From Candidatus Yonathbacteria bacterium RIFCSPLOWO2_01_FULL_47_33b (lineage in GTDB: Bacteria; Patescibacteriota; Minisyncoccia; Phycocordibacterales; UBA1550), in contig MHUW01000019.1 of NCBI GenBank assembly GCA_001823575.1, forward strand, positions 1 through 52,200: a DNA stretch of 52,200 bases. The letters are read 5' to 3'. Below the pieces are notes generated by a model, which searched no databases, was not told the origin of the DNA, and saw only the letters and a program-made list of their open reading frames with translations. Below are positions 1-9,899 of the stretch, piece by piece (position 1 is the stretch's first letter; each line of letters begins with the position of its first letter). Made by a program: the position numbers and the translations under genes.

Positions 1-911
1 CTTCCCGTAGCTGGGTCCTTCAAATAGCACGAACCCTGGTTTTTCCCAAAGCCAGACTCTTGCATAAAAATAGCAAGGAGGAACGCTGGCCGAACGCCCG
101 TCTTTTGGGAAACAGTTTTTGCATAATCATACGCCTGACCAAAGGGGATTTCGCCAGAATCACGGAGTGCAAAGAGTGCGGCACGAATTTTTGCGGCAGC
201 AGCCTGTTTTTCTTGAAGCACTTTTTTATAGGCTGCCTCCTGCCCTTTGGTTACCTTCAACACCCGCGCCTTTTCAGCTTCCTTCGAATCGAGGAACTTT
301 TTTTCAAGCTCCTTCTGGTAGCGCATATCCGTTTCTTTGTCCTTTTTTTCCTCAAGCGCCGTCTTTGCCTCTTCGGTTATTTTTTTAGCGGTATCAACCT
401 CCTCGATTGATTTACCTATAGCTTCCTCAACAGACTGAAACGCGTCGACATCAACAAAAAACTCCGAAAGGGGTTTATCAGAAAGGGCTACCTCGGCAAG
501 AGAATACGAGTCAAGCTCGTCGGTGCGACGAAGGAGCGCTGCAAGAGAATCTCGCTCACGGTCAATTTTTGCCGAATATTTGGTGATGGTTTGTTTTTTT
601 ACACCAATGTCTTCAGTGAGTCCTGAGATGGCAATATTGCGGGCTTTAATAGAGAGTTTTGCTTTTTGAATTTGCGCATTCAAAATATCTACGTCACGCT
701 TAAGTGTCGCGCCTTCACTTTGTTTGCTTTTAACGAGCGCGTCTTGAATTTTTATTTCTTTTTCAGTCTGCGCTAATTCTGCTTCAAGCTTTGTACGGCA
801 CGCAGCGTCGCACGGCGCGGTCTGCGCAATGGCGACCGAAAATAAACCCCCAAAGGCGGCTACGAGCAATAGAAAAAACACGGTGAGCTTGGTAGGCAAA
901 CTTTTTTGCAT
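1..911 (-). CDS. Secreted coiled-coil protein with C-terminal lytic murein transglycosylase-like domain (runs off window start)
   Basis: Not in ORF track; manual translation from ATG at 911: signal peptide MQKSLPTKLTVFFLLLVAAFGG, long coiled coil, then IPFGQAYDYA..TGVRPAFLLAIFMQESGFGKNQGSC (lysozyme-like QES motif); frame open to window edge. Confidence 0.75.
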   Translation of the reverse strand, partial: MQKSLPTKLTVFFLLLVAAFGGLFSVAIAQTAPCDAACRTKLEAELAQTEKEIKIQDALVKSKQSEGATLKRDVDILNAQIQKAKLSIKARNIAISGLTEDIGVKKQTITKYSAKIDRERDSLAALLRRTDELDSYSLAEVALSDKPLSEFFVDVDAFQSVEEAIGKSIEEVDTAKKITEEAKTALEEKKDKETDMRYQKELEKKFLDSKEAEKARVLKVTKGQEAAYKKVLQEKQAAAAKIRAALFALRDSGEIPFGQAYDYAKTVSQKTGVRPAFLLAIFMQESGFGKNQGSCYLKDPATG

Positions 912-928
912 GTATATTTCATTATAAC

Positions 929-965
929 AAAAAAACCGCCCCGAGAGTATCCCGTGGCGGTTTTT
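929..965. terminator. Intrinsic terminator after rplY
   Basis: A-tract CCGCC..GGCGG T-tract hairpin. Confidence 0.7.
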
Positions 966-981
966 GCTCAGCGTGCGGTCT

Positions 982-1617
982 TTATTCCGCAGCCTCCTCT
1001 TCTTCCTTCTTGCCCTTCTTTTCAACTTCGATTGATGCGAGGTCCATAACAACAGGAGTTTCTGCCTCCTCTTTGGCTACCGCGATTGCGGCAACAACCT
1101 CGTTTGCGTGGGTTACCAATGTTACGCCCTTTGGAAGGACAATGTCACCTGCGGCAATCTGGCCGTCGAGAGTAGCGAGGGCTGAAACATCAACCGTTAC
1201 GCCGTGAGGAAGGTTCTCTGGGAGTGCCTTCACTTCGATCTCGTGGAGTGCCTTAACAAGTGTAGCGCCGAGGTCTTTCACAGCAGGGGCAACACCGATG
1301 AATTCAACAGGTACGTGAACCGTAACTTCATGGCCTTTTTCGATAACATAAAAGTCAGCGTGAATAGGCTCGCCTTTTACAGGGTCAATCTGAACCTCCG
1401 TAATGAGCGCGTTTACCTTACCCTTAGGCATTTCAAGGACTACCACCGTTGATTCGCCTGCGGCCTTCCATACTTTCTTGAATTCATTCAAGGGGAAAAC
1501 ACAGGGTGTTGCCTCTTGTTTGTGACCGTAATAAACTGCGGGAATAAAACCCTGGGCGCGCACTTCTGCGAGCTTTGCCTTTCCTTCACGAATTTCTCCT
1601 TTGAGTGTGATTGTCAT
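982..1617 (-). CDS. rplY: 50S ribosomal protein L25/Ctc
   Basis: IPAVYYG, HADFY, VPVEFIG motifs, acidic tail; long Ctc form. Confidence 0.95.
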   Translation of the reverse strand: MTITLKGEIREGKAKLAEVRAQGFIPAVYYGHKQEATPCVFPLNEFKKVWKAAGESTVVVLEMPKGKVNALITEVQIDPVKGEPIHADFYVIEKGHEVTVHVPVEFIGVAPAVKDLGATLVKALHEIEVKALPENLPHGVTVDVSALATLDGQIAAGDIVLPKGVTLVTHANEVVAAIAVAKEEAETPVVMDLASIEVEKKGKKEEEEAAE

Positions 1618-1643
1618 ATTGGGCTATTATACGGGTTTTTGTA

Positions 1644-1689
1644 AAAAAGGCAAGAGGTGGCGCGCTTTCGCGGCCACCTCTTGCCTTTT
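1644..1689. terminator. Intrinsic terminator after fba
   Basis: AAAAGGCAAGAGGTGGC..GCCACCTCTTGCCTTTT inverted repeat. Confidence 0.7.
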
Positions 1690-1699
1690 GGGGGTACTT

Positions 1700-2566
1700 T
1701 TAGAGAAAATTAAAGAGTCTCATCCTCTTTTCCACCACGGCCGCCACCGCATCAACGGCTGGCTTCATAAATTTGTAGGGTGCTGTTTCGTCAGGATTCT
1801 CGTTCAAGTATGCCTTGACCGCATCGTGGTACGCCACACGAATCTCAGTGTTGATGTGAATAATACCAATCCCCGCCTTGATAGCAGCCTGGAAATCCTC
1901 ATCGCTTGTTCCTGATCCGCCGTGAAGCACGAGAGGTACCCCTGCCGCCTGGCGCACTTCTTTAATACGCTCAATATTGAGGCGTGGCTCGGGAGCGTTG
2001 CGGAGCATGCCGTGAATGTTCCCTACTGACGGTGCAAAAAGGTCGATGCCCGTTTCTTTTACAAAACGCGCCGACTCCTCGCCGGTCGTGAGATTTTCAA
2101 GCGATACACCTTCAGGAACCTCGTCAAGAACCTTTGAGCCCGACCCAATATAGCCGAGCTCTGCCTCCACAATAATTTCAGGGTTCACGCTGCGCGCATA
2201 TTCCACACACTGCTTGGTAATGCGCGCATTTTCCTCAAACGAAAGCTTCGCCCCGTCAAAAATAACCGCATCAAACCCTGCATCAATAGCCTCCTTTACC
2301 CGCTCAAAGGAATACGAGTGGTCGGCGTTGAGATATATTGGGTATCCCTCGTCACGCACCGTCTTTACAAGAGCAACCGCCTGCGGAATACCTACAAAAT
2401 CGCGCTCCCCTTCTGATACGCCGATAATGACGGGTACACCCGCTGCCTTGGCCCCTTTGATGACCCCCCAGAAGCCCTCCATGTCTGAAATATTAAAATG
2501 TCCGACGGCAACCCCCTTTTCTTCTGCCATCCGAATTGTCTCGCGTAATGTTGGTACTGTGTTCAT
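1700..2566 (-). CDS. fba: Class II fructose-bisphosphate aldolase family protein
   Basis: ADH, VEAELG, GNIHG, VLHGGSG, NTE motifs. Confidence 0.9.
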   Translation of the reverse strand: MNTVPTLRETIRMAEEKGVAVGHFNISDMEGFWGVIKGAKAAGVPVIIGVSEGERDFVGIPQAVALVKTVRDEGYPIYLNADHSYSFERVKEAIDAGFDAVIFDGAKLSFEENARITKQCVEYARSVNPEIIVEAELGYIGSGSKVLDEVPEGVSLENLTTGEESARFVKETGIDLFAPSVGNIHGMLRNAPEPRLNIERIKEVRQAAGVPLVLHGGSGTSDEDFQAAIKAGIGIIHINTEIRVAYHDAVKAYLNENPDETAPYKFMKPAVDAVAAVVEKRMRLFNFL

Positions 2567-2650
2567 ATATATGTAGTTATGTTTTCTAGTATACCATAAT
2601 GAAATAATGGTGGTATACTAGAGGGAATTAATCAGTAATAGAAATCATAT

Positions 2651-3655
2651 ATGGAGAATCAGTTAGACTTTGTAGGAATCGGTGATACCGTTGTCGATGC
2701 ATTTATCCGCCTCAAAGAGGACCAGGCGCATACCACGTGCCGTATTGATACGGGCGCATGCGAGATTTGTATGCCATTTGGCGCAAAAGTTCCTTTTGAT
2801 TTTGTGACGGTATGTTACGCCGTGGGCAACAGTGCCAACGCCTGTGTTTCTGCTTCACGCCTTGGTCTCAAGAGCGCCCTCATCACCAATCTCGGCAACG
2901 ACGAGGATGGCAAAAAATGTCTCGCATCGCTCAAGAACGACGGCGTCGGTACGCAGTATATAAAAGAGTACGATGGCATCAAAACCAACTACCACTATGT
3001 GCTCTGGTACGACAGCGAGCGTACGATTCTCATCAAGCACGAAGATTTCCCTTACACGCTTCCCCTTGGCGATGTCGGACCACGCTGGCTCTACCTCTCA
3101 TCGCTCAACGAAAAGTCACTTGCCTATCATCACGAAATCGCCGCATATCTTGCAAAGCACCCTGAGACAAAACTTTCATTTCAGCCGGGCGGTTTTCAGA
3201 TTAAACTTGGTGTCGAAGCACTCAAAGATCTCTACGCACACACCGAAGTTTTCTTTTGTAATGTCGAGGAAGCACGTCTCATTTTAAAAACAGAGGAGCT
3301 CGAACCAAAGAACCTTGTAAAAATGATGGCGACACTTGGGCCAAAAATTGTCGTTATTACCGACGGTCCCAAGGGAGCGTACGTGTACGACGGTGTAGAT
3401 GCGTGGTTTATGCCCATCTACCCCGACCCTGTTCCTCCGTACGAGCGTACGGGAGCCGGCGATTCATTTGCCTCAGCATTTATTTCAGCACTCGCCCTCG
3501 GAAAAACCCCGAGCGAAGCGATTGCCTGGGCACCTATCAACTCGATGTCCGTCGTTCAAAAAGTAGGCGCACAAGAAGGCCTCCTCACCCGTGAAGCCCT
3601 CGAGAAATTCCTCGCCGAAGCCCCCGCCGACTACAAAGCGGTTAAGCTCGATTAA
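2651..3655 (+). CDS. PfkB family carbohydrate kinase
   Basis: N-terminal GD..VD, NVEEA, TDGPKG, ERTGAGDSF signature; divergent from fba. Confidence 0.9.
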   Translation: MENQLDFVGIGDTVVDAFIRLKEDQAHTTCRIDTGACEICMPFGAKVPFDFVTVCYAVGNSANACVSASRLGLKSALITNLGNDEDGKKCLASLKNDGVGTQYIKEYDGIKTNYHYVLWYDSERTILIKHEDFPYTLPLGDVGPRWLYLSSLNEKSLAYHHEIAAYLAKHPETKLSFQPGGFQIKLGVEALKDLYAHTEVFFCNVEEARLILKTEELEPKNLVKMMATLGPKIVVITDGPKGAYVYDGVDAWFMPIYPDPVPPYERTGAGDSFASAFISALALGKTPSEAIAWAPINSMSVVQKVGAQEGLLTREALEKFLAEAPADYKAVKLD

Positions 3656-3663
3656 CAAAACTT

Positions 3664-3697
3664 AAAAAAACCGCCTTCGTTCAGAAGGCGGTTTTTT
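3664..3697. terminator. Bidirectional intrinsic terminator
   Basis: A7 CCGCCTTC..GAAGGCGG T7 between convergent genes. Confidence 0.8.
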
Positions 3698-3768
3698 ATT
3701 AAAACAAAAACACCCCGCGAAAACTTGCGGGGTGTGAAATGATACAGAGTGATACACGTTATCGAACT

Positions 3769-5097
3769 TTAGAAGGTTCTGTAACTGAAGGTCGGTGGAG
3801 ACGACGAGAGTGGTGTACCGAAGGTGTTGTGCACAGAAAAAGAATATCCTCCATACACTGGGTCATGTACTGCAGTTACGCCGGCAACGGGAATAATAAT
3901 CTGATAATTCAGGATACCACCCGAAGAGAGAATGGGGATTGTGTATTTGCTCACAATATTTCCCGCCTTGATCTCCAATACTGCGGTGCTCGGCCCTTGT
4001 CCGCGAGCATATACGACCCCAATCGTATATGAGTCGGTGAGTTCTGAACAAGAGGCGACATATCGCTCTGGCCCATAACCCGCGGAATCTATAAGATCGA
4101 ACTTGCCTGCGGTACCAACAGGTGACAAAGATGTTGCTTGTGCGCCGTTATGCTCGTACACATGAAGATCCATATCTTGCCCTGCTCCAGGCGTAAGAGT
4201 AACAGAGATGGCGGTTTCATTGGAATACACCGGCGGGTGAACGCGGCTGTGCATCATCGTCACAATGTTTTGCGTGATGATATCCACCGTATTGCTTCCC
4301 GGTGCCAAATACTCTCCGACAAAACTATGTTTCAATATGTCGTGAGATATCCACGTACTCACTTCGTTGGTTGCATTTGGTTCCAAGGGAAGATTGACTA
4401 CCAAATCAAAGTCTATCAGACCAAAGCCTTGAATGGCTTGCTGGATGGCCTTGATTACCAGATCTTCCTCAAGGGTTGTGTACGGCCCGTCCCCGCCAAC
4501 AAAACTTGTTGGGTTGGCGACGGAAACAATACCAAACCCTTGCATTTGCGCAGAACTCAGCTCACTGAAAAGGATGTTCCATTCCGCGTTCGCAAAAAAG
4601 TTCCCTTGAGAGTGAGCAATGGTAACAACATTCTTTCCTTCCTTGATACTTTTATTATAAAGATCAAGATGTTCATTGAGGTCAGCACTTCCCACAATGC
4701 TCGAAAAGTCGAATGCTCCGGCAAGCCGAAGCATTTCATTCTGAAAGAAGTCAGGCATCATATCTATCCCGCCAAGCCACCGCCAAAAAGAGACAGCGAC
4801 ATTGTCAGACAAAGCTTTTTGCTTCGCGGATTCATACAGGTCATTCAAGAGTCCGTACGTTTTATTTTCCGCAAGGTCAAAGTCGAGTAAAGCAAATTCC
4901 TCCGGAGGTAATGTTGCGTGGAGCAACATCTCGATTTTTTCTCGAGATTTTACAGCATCATCATGATCATTCATAACGCCGTTACCGAATACCACGACTG
5001 TTCTTGGGCTGGGGGTGCCAACACAGAATGGTTCACTCGCAGTCGCTTCCGTAAAAGATACGAGAAGCATGAGAGCCGCACAGAGAATGTGTTTCAT
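3769..5097 (-). CDS. Secreted alpha/beta-hydrolase-like protein with C-terminal YfaP/DUF2135-like domain
   Basis: Signal peptide; AHSQG nucleophile elbow; C-terminal DMDLHVYE..G and GYGPERY motifs; SD AAGGAGG. Confidence 0.65.
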   Translation of the reverse strand: MKHILCAALMLLVSFTEATASEPFCVGTPSPRTVVVFGNGVMNDHDDAVKSREKIEMLLHATLPPEEFALLDFDLAENKTYGLLNDLYESAKQKALSDNVAVSFWRWLGGIDMMPDFFQNEMLRLAGAFDFSSIVGSADLNEHLDLYNKSIKEGKNVVTIAHSQGNFFANAEWNILFSELSSAQMQGFGIVSVANPTSFVGGDGPYTTLEEDLVIKAIQQAIQGFGLIDFDLVVNLPLEPNATNEVSTWISHDILKHSFVGEYLAPGSNTVDIITQNIVTMMHSRVHPPVYSNETAISVTLTPGAGQDMDLHVYEHNGAQATSLSPVGTAGKFDLIDSAGYGPERYVASCSELTDSYTIGVVYARGQGPSTAVLEIKAGNIVSKYTIPILSSGGILNYQIIIPVAGVTAVHDPVYGGYSFSVHNTFGTPLSSSPPTFSYRTF

Positions 5098-5117
5098 TGT
5101 TCACCTCCTTGAGATGA

Positions 5118-5687
5118 TTAGTTGGGGAGTGTTGAGGGATTAACCGCACACGTTGATGCACGCTGGTCATAAGGGGTTCCGTGGAACACCTCGCCACCGA
5201 GCTTATCATTGTAGGCGAAATACGCCTTTATGCGCTCGTCGGTGTTGAGGATTACAGATTTCAGCTCCACTTGCGGTTTATCCATGGCTTCAACGGATCC
5301 AAAAGTGTACACAAGGCACGTGATTGCCAAATCAGCTTCACGCCCATGTTGTACGGACTTCACCTTGTCCTGAGCATCAACAAGTGCTGCTTCCACAACT
5401 TTCGCATACTGAAAGAGTGCCGCGCGTTCCTTTGCCGAGTTGGGGTGTGTCGCCTCAATGTATTGTCGTACATGCAGTGGCAACCCAACACCATTGGTGT
5501 CCGTTGGCGTTATGTCGGGGATTACTGGCGCAGGCTTGGGCGTTGGTACAGGCGTCGTAGACGACACTTCACCACTACTGCTACCTCCCCCGCCACCGCA
5601 TCCGCTGATCGAACATACCCCCGCAAGAGCGAGGACGCCGAGGATGATGCCGAGTGCGTACTTGAAGATTGATTTCTTTGGTTCCAT
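5118..5687 (-). CDS. Putative lipoprotein, unknown function
   Basis: Hydrophobic leader, ISGC lipobox-like site followed by Gly/Ser/Pro linker; SD AAGGAG. Confidence 0.65.
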   Translation of the reverse strand: MEPKKSIFKYALGIILGVLALAGVCSISGCGGGGGSSSGEVSSTTPVPTPKPAPVIPDITPTDTNGVGLPLHVRQYIEATHPNSAKERAALFQYAKVVEAALVDAQDKVKSVQHGREADLAITCLVYTFGSVEAMDKPQVELKSVILNTDERIKAYFAYNDKLGGEVFHGTPYDQRASTCAVNPSTLPN

Positions 5688-5788
5688 AATGTTGCTCCTT
5701 ATTGAGAGGTTACGATATATAGTGTATCACAAAGAACTAACACACTGCGAGTGACTTTACCACAAATATGTACCTCTGACAACCATCG

Positions 5789-6964
5789 CTAAAATCTTAG
5801 GGGCGCTCTCTTTATTTCAACGGTATCTTGTGTGGTTAGAGTTTTTAAATATTCGCTATCGAGACCTTGAATTTCCCAAATTTTTAAACTGAGTTCAGAA
5901 CCTACAAGAAACACCAACGCATCAGCATCTACAACAATAGAAACTCCTACCAACCCAGGAACGCCGCCGTCATTAATAGGGGTAGCTTGCGTTATATTGA
6001 GATTAGCAGGAAGCGACTGTATAAATTGTTTTTGCAACTCAACATTAGACGTTTGATGCTCAGTATCATAAAGCGCTACAACAACTTTCATTGTTCCTTT
6101 GTTTTCCAAATATCTAAACATTTTTTCAATATGCGGTGTCATTTTATTAATGCATACGCTTCCTGGATCCTGCACAACATCCAAAAGTGTTGTTGAGAGC
6201 AGACCTTTTGAATCTTCTAATACAGCCATCAAATACCGGCTGCCTCCTATCTGAGCAGCTCCATACGGTTCAACCTTATATATTTCCTTCACCGTAAATT
6301 GAGTCGCCGCAGGAATATAAGAAAGATTTTTGGTATTATTTTTATAAAAATGAAATCCTAAAGAATCAAGATCTTCAATACACTCCAAGTCACGATTTAT
6401 CTCAAGGTCCCTATCTGACCCACCACACCCCTCACAGTCACGACTATACGCAAGAGGTAAGTTAAATGAAAACTTAGTACCCAAGAGAGGGTTCTCAGGT
6501 TGTGGAACAGACCTACGCCCTGAATGTACAACAAAAGATATTGGTTTCCAAAGGGAAACAACTATTGTAATGATAATGACAATTACAAGAGCGATGAGAT
6601 AGTAAGTTTTCTTACCACTTTCTTCTTTTAATTCTGCTGTTGCCTTATCTTCACCATCTCCTATAAAGCCCCTGAGGTATCCGTAGACCAGAAATAATGG
6701 GCCGACAGCAGGCGCAAAGTATAACAGGAGTCCGATAGGAAACCCAATTACAAACATAAGAAGACCGAACCACACAATAGTGCGAGACTTCCCTGCCTTT
6801 ACCCAAAATAAATACAAAATAAAAAAATAGGTCAAAAAACCAAGAATAGAGAGTGCCCATGATGGGAAAGTATCATTGAGGAGAGATTTTAAAGCTCCCG
6901 TAGTTCCAATCGTTCCAAACGAAACAACAAGAAACTTCTCCACTAATTCTAAAAATTTTTTCAT
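5789..6964 (-). CDS. Hypothetical membrane protein (N-terminal TM helices plus soluble domain)
   Basis: Long ORF; probable start MKKFLEL at 6964 just after a TATAAT; about 4-5 hydrophobic segments. Confidence 0.6.
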   Translation of the reverse strand: MKKFLELVEKFLVVSFGTIGTTGALKSLLNDTFPSWALSILGFLTYFFILYLFWVKAGKSRTIVWFGLLMFVIGFPIGLLLYFAPAVGPLFLVYGYLRGFIGDGEDKATAELKEESGKKTYYLIALVIVIIITIVVSLWKPISFVVHSGRRSVPQPENPLLGTKFSFNLPLAYSRDCEGCGGSDRDLEINRDLECIEDLDSLGFHFYKNNTKNLSYIPAATQFTVKEIYKVEPYGAAQIGGSRYLMAVLEDSKGLLSTTLLDVVQDPGSVCINKMTPHIEKMFRYLENKGTMKVVVALYDTEHQTSNVELQKQFIQSLPANLNITQATPINDGGVPGLVGVSIVVDADALVFLVGSELSLKIWEIQGLDSEYLKTLTTQDTVEIKRAPLRF

Positions 6965-7041
6965 TGATTTGATACCTACTATTATACCCTGCTTATTAAT
7001 ATTTTGCATCAAATTTTCCAAGGACTCCCCTTGGATTCCTC

Positions 7042-7512
7042 TTACATATCAACTTGTTTGCACACCTCCAAGGGAAATTCTTTGCCTTCAACCCAATCGC
7101 GCAAAAGCTCGTAGGCGCGTAGAGAAATAAATTCTTCAGGGAGCATTTTCGATAATTCTTCTTTGGTAAACCAGCGTACTTCGAGAACAGATTCACCATG
7201 CAGCTCCTGCTCTACGGCGGAGGCAGGCCTTGCGCCCGCACCGTCTGCGTGGGCAAGAAAATTGAATTGAACTCTTCTTTTGTCGGCTTCTTCTGAAACA
7301 TACACACCGAGAGAATGTATAAGTGTCACATCCAAAGAAGCTTCTTCTTTACATTCTCGTATTGCAGTGGTAAATATTGTCTCCCCGCTATCGTGTGATC
7401 CTTTGACGATGTTCCAAAGCGGCGTCGGATTCTTTGCGAGTTTCTCCTTGATGAGCAAAGCTCTCCCGTCTTCGTCAACAATAATGACACCAACTTTTAT
7501 TTTTGTGTCCAT
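7042..7512 (-). CDS. NUDIX hydrolase
   Basis: Nudix box GSHDSGETIFTTAIRECKEEA. Confidence 0.9.
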   Translation of the reverse strand: MDTKIKVGVIIVDEDGRALLIKEKLAKNPTPLWNIVKGSHDSGETIFTTAIRECKEEASLDVTLIHSLGVYVSEEADKRRVQFNFLAHADGAGARPASAVEQELHGESVLEVRWFTKEELSKMLPEEFISLRAYELLRDWVEGKEFPLEVCKQVDM

Positions 7513-7527
7513 AGTAAATAATCAGAA

Positions 7528-9339
7528 TTACACCAACCCAATGTGCAGCTCGTAGCTGTGGCGGTAGATGCCGTTTTTGATCTTCATCAGCTCGTCGTGG
7601 TTTCCCTCTTCCGCAATCTTTCCTTTTTCGATTACAAAGATGCGGTCTGCTTTTCGCACGGTACTCAGGCGATGCGCGATGATGAACGTCGTGCGCCCTT
7701 TCATAAGCTTTTCCAAAGCCTCACTCACTTTACGCTCGGTCTCGCTATCGAGCGCGCTCGTTGGCTCATCGAGAATCAAAATCTTTGGGTCACGCAATAT
7801 CGCACGGGCAATAGCCACGCGTTGTTTCTGTCCCACCGAAAGCTTCACTCCGCGTTCTCCCACCACCGTATCGTACCCCAAAGGCATCGCGGCGATAAAC
7901 TCATCTGCGTGCGCTTCGTGCGTAGCGCGAATAATATCTTCGTCAGATGCACTCGGTGATCCGTATCGTATATTTTCTTTTATTGTATTGTTGAAAAGTG
8001 CTACCTCCTGAGGCACCATGGCAATATTCTTTCGTAAATTAGTGAGGTGAAGCTTGCGCGTATCGACACCATCAACGAGTACGCGCCCTTTCGAGGGGAA
8101 ATAATACCCAGAGATAAGAGAAATGGCAGTACTCTTTCCCACGCCAGACTCGCCAACAAATGCCACGACCTCTCCGGCACGCACTTTAAAATCAACCCCC
8201 GAGAGCACATCTGGCTGACCTTCGCCATACGTAAAAGAAACATTTTCGAAAACAATTTCTCCGGAAAAATGCTCGGGGGTTATGGCCCCTTTAGGCTCAT
8301 ACACCTCTTCTTGCGCATCAAAAATCTCCTCTGCTTGCGCCGCTATGGTAAGCCCGTTTTGAATCGTCTGCCAACTATGCCCGAGCGATACAAAGGGGCC
8401 AAAAAACATCATTGCATAACCATTGAGTGCAACAAGCTCCCCTACGGTGATAGTGCCGTTTGAAACAAACTGTACGGAAAAAATAAATATTGCGAGTTGC
8501 GTCGCAAGTACAATCATGCGCTGGAAGAAACCTATGTTACTCCAAGTACGGTCAATCTGCTCCCACAAGCGTGCAGTCCTCACCATGAGTGCGTTACTCA
8601 CCGCATGACTCTCATAGTCCTCAGTGGCTGCCTGTTTTACACTCTCGATTTGCATTACCGCTTGAGCAGCATCATCCCATCCTTCATTCCACGACTTATG
8701 CGCTGCAATATCAACCGCTACAATAGGGAGAAGTATTCTCGACAAAAGTGCTGCATATAAAACAACCCCCGCTACCAAAATACTTGCAAGAAACGTATTG
8801 ATACTTGCTGCAAGCGTGATACCAATAATGATGCTAAGAAATTGCGGAGCAACCTCGGCGACCGTTCTCACAATAGCTGAAACTCGCCAGCTTGTGGCCC
8901 CTATTTTTTGCATCACGCCGTTTATATGTACACTTTTGTGGTACACAAGAGGCGCACGCAGTAAATGTATAAATCCGTTTGTCTGAATATTTAATGACAC
9001 CCCTGTATCTACACGCCGACGCAGACGATCCATAACCCAGTCAATGTTGTTCGCCACTAGCTGCACAAACACCCACGCACCAAGCAAAACTCCCCAGAGC
9101 GGGAGTGTGCTCGTCACCAACGTGTGCTCCCCTTGAGAGAGTTCAATAAGCGTGTCAAAGAAACGTCCCGTCACGTACGGGACAAACCCGTTCGCCAGTG
9201 CTGAAATAACACCCAAAAACACCAGGACAGTAAGTTCCTTTTTAAATGGCCACACATGTCGCCATATAGCCCGCAACCCCTTTTTCATCTCCTCTTTTTC
9301 GGTGTGTGGGCTTTTTTCTGTTTGCTTTTCCTCAGACAT
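7528..9339 (-). CDS. ABC exporter, fused permease/ATPase (MsbA/MdlB-like)
   Basis: TM domain, Walker A GESGVGKS, LSVGQKQR, ILDEPTS, IAHRLST. Confidence 0.95.
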   Translation of the reverse strand: MSEEKQTEKSPHTEKEEMKKGLRAIWRHVWPFKKELTVLVFLGVISALANGFVPYVTGRFFDTLIELSQGEHTLVTSTLPLWGVLLGAWVFVQLVANNIDWVMDRLRRRVDTGVSLNIQTNGFIHLLRAPLVYHKSVHINGVMQKIGATSWRVSAIVRTVAEVAPQFLSIIIGITLAASINTFLASILVAGVVLYAALLSRILLPIVAVDIAAHKSWNEGWDDAAQAVMQIESVKQAATEDYESHAVSNALMVRTARLWEQIDRTWSNIGFFQRMIVLATQLAIFIFSVQFVSNGTITVGELVALNGYAMMFFGPFVSLGHSWQTIQNGLTIAAQAEEIFDAQEEVYEPKGAITPEHFSGEIVFENVSFTYGEGQPDVLSGVDFKVRAGEVVAFVGESGVGKSTAISLISGYYFPSKGRVLVDGVDTRKLHLTNLRKNIAMVPQEVALFNNTIKENIRYGSPSASDEDIIRATHEAHADEFIAAMPLGYDTVVGERGVKLSVGQKQRVAIARAILRDPKILILDEPTSALDSETERKVSEALEKLMKGRTTFIIAHRLSTVRKADRIFVIEKGKIAEEGNHDELMKIKNGIYRHSYELHIGLV

Positions 9340-9381
9340 ATAGGCCGTATTGTAGCACAGGGTATGATTTAGGACTTATTC

Positions 9382-9879
9382 TTACTTTAGATTAACTTTT
9401 AATTCTCGCGCTCTTTCCATAATCCTATCGCCAATACTTCCCCAGTCAAAATATTGTTTATATTCATCGGGGTCGATAAGTTTTATTTCTGCTACCGTGT
9501 CAGCGGGGTCACATACAAATGGCCCGTATGGTTGCACCGAGCACACATAGCGAAGCTGGTAGTAAAAACTATCGTCACGCGTATCAATAACCTTCTGAAC
9601 TCCAACCGGCAGAAACGACATCACTTCCATATTTGCTTCTTCTTGTATTTCTCGCACCAATGTTTGCTCTAGTGTCTCTCCTTTTTCAATAGTCCCCCCA
9701 ATAAGTCCCCAATTTTTCTTTTTACCATTGTACCCTATTACTATTTTATCACCATAAAAACAAACACCGTATGTCTGAGTACACTTACTCATATCTAAAT
9801 CATCAAAAGAATCCGCATCCGAATATTCAAAAATATATTCCACCCCCGCGAGCCCTTTGTAATTGTTCGTGAGATTCAT
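9382..9879 (-). CDS. NUDIX hydrolase
   Basis: Nudix box GTIEKGETLEQTLVREIQEEA. Confidence 0.9.
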   Translation of the reverse strand: MNLTNNYKGLAGVEYIFEYSDADSFDDLDMSKCTQTYGVCFYGDKIVIGYNGKKKNWGLIGGTIEKGETLEQTLVREIQEEANMEVMSFLPVGVQKVIDTRDDSFYYQLRYVCSVQPYGPFVCDPADTVAEIKLIDPDEYKQYFDWGSIGDRIMERARELKVNLK

Positions 9880-9899
9880 AATCTAATCATTATACCCCC

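Noticed and set aside
60-410. Plus-strand ORFs in the track
   Set aside because: Antisense shadows of the minus-strand transglycosylase gene 1-911
4138-4890. 250-aa plus-strand ORF (similarly 37542-38252, 40204-40797, 45243-45815)
   Set aside because: Fully antisense to better-supported genes with no recognisable motifs
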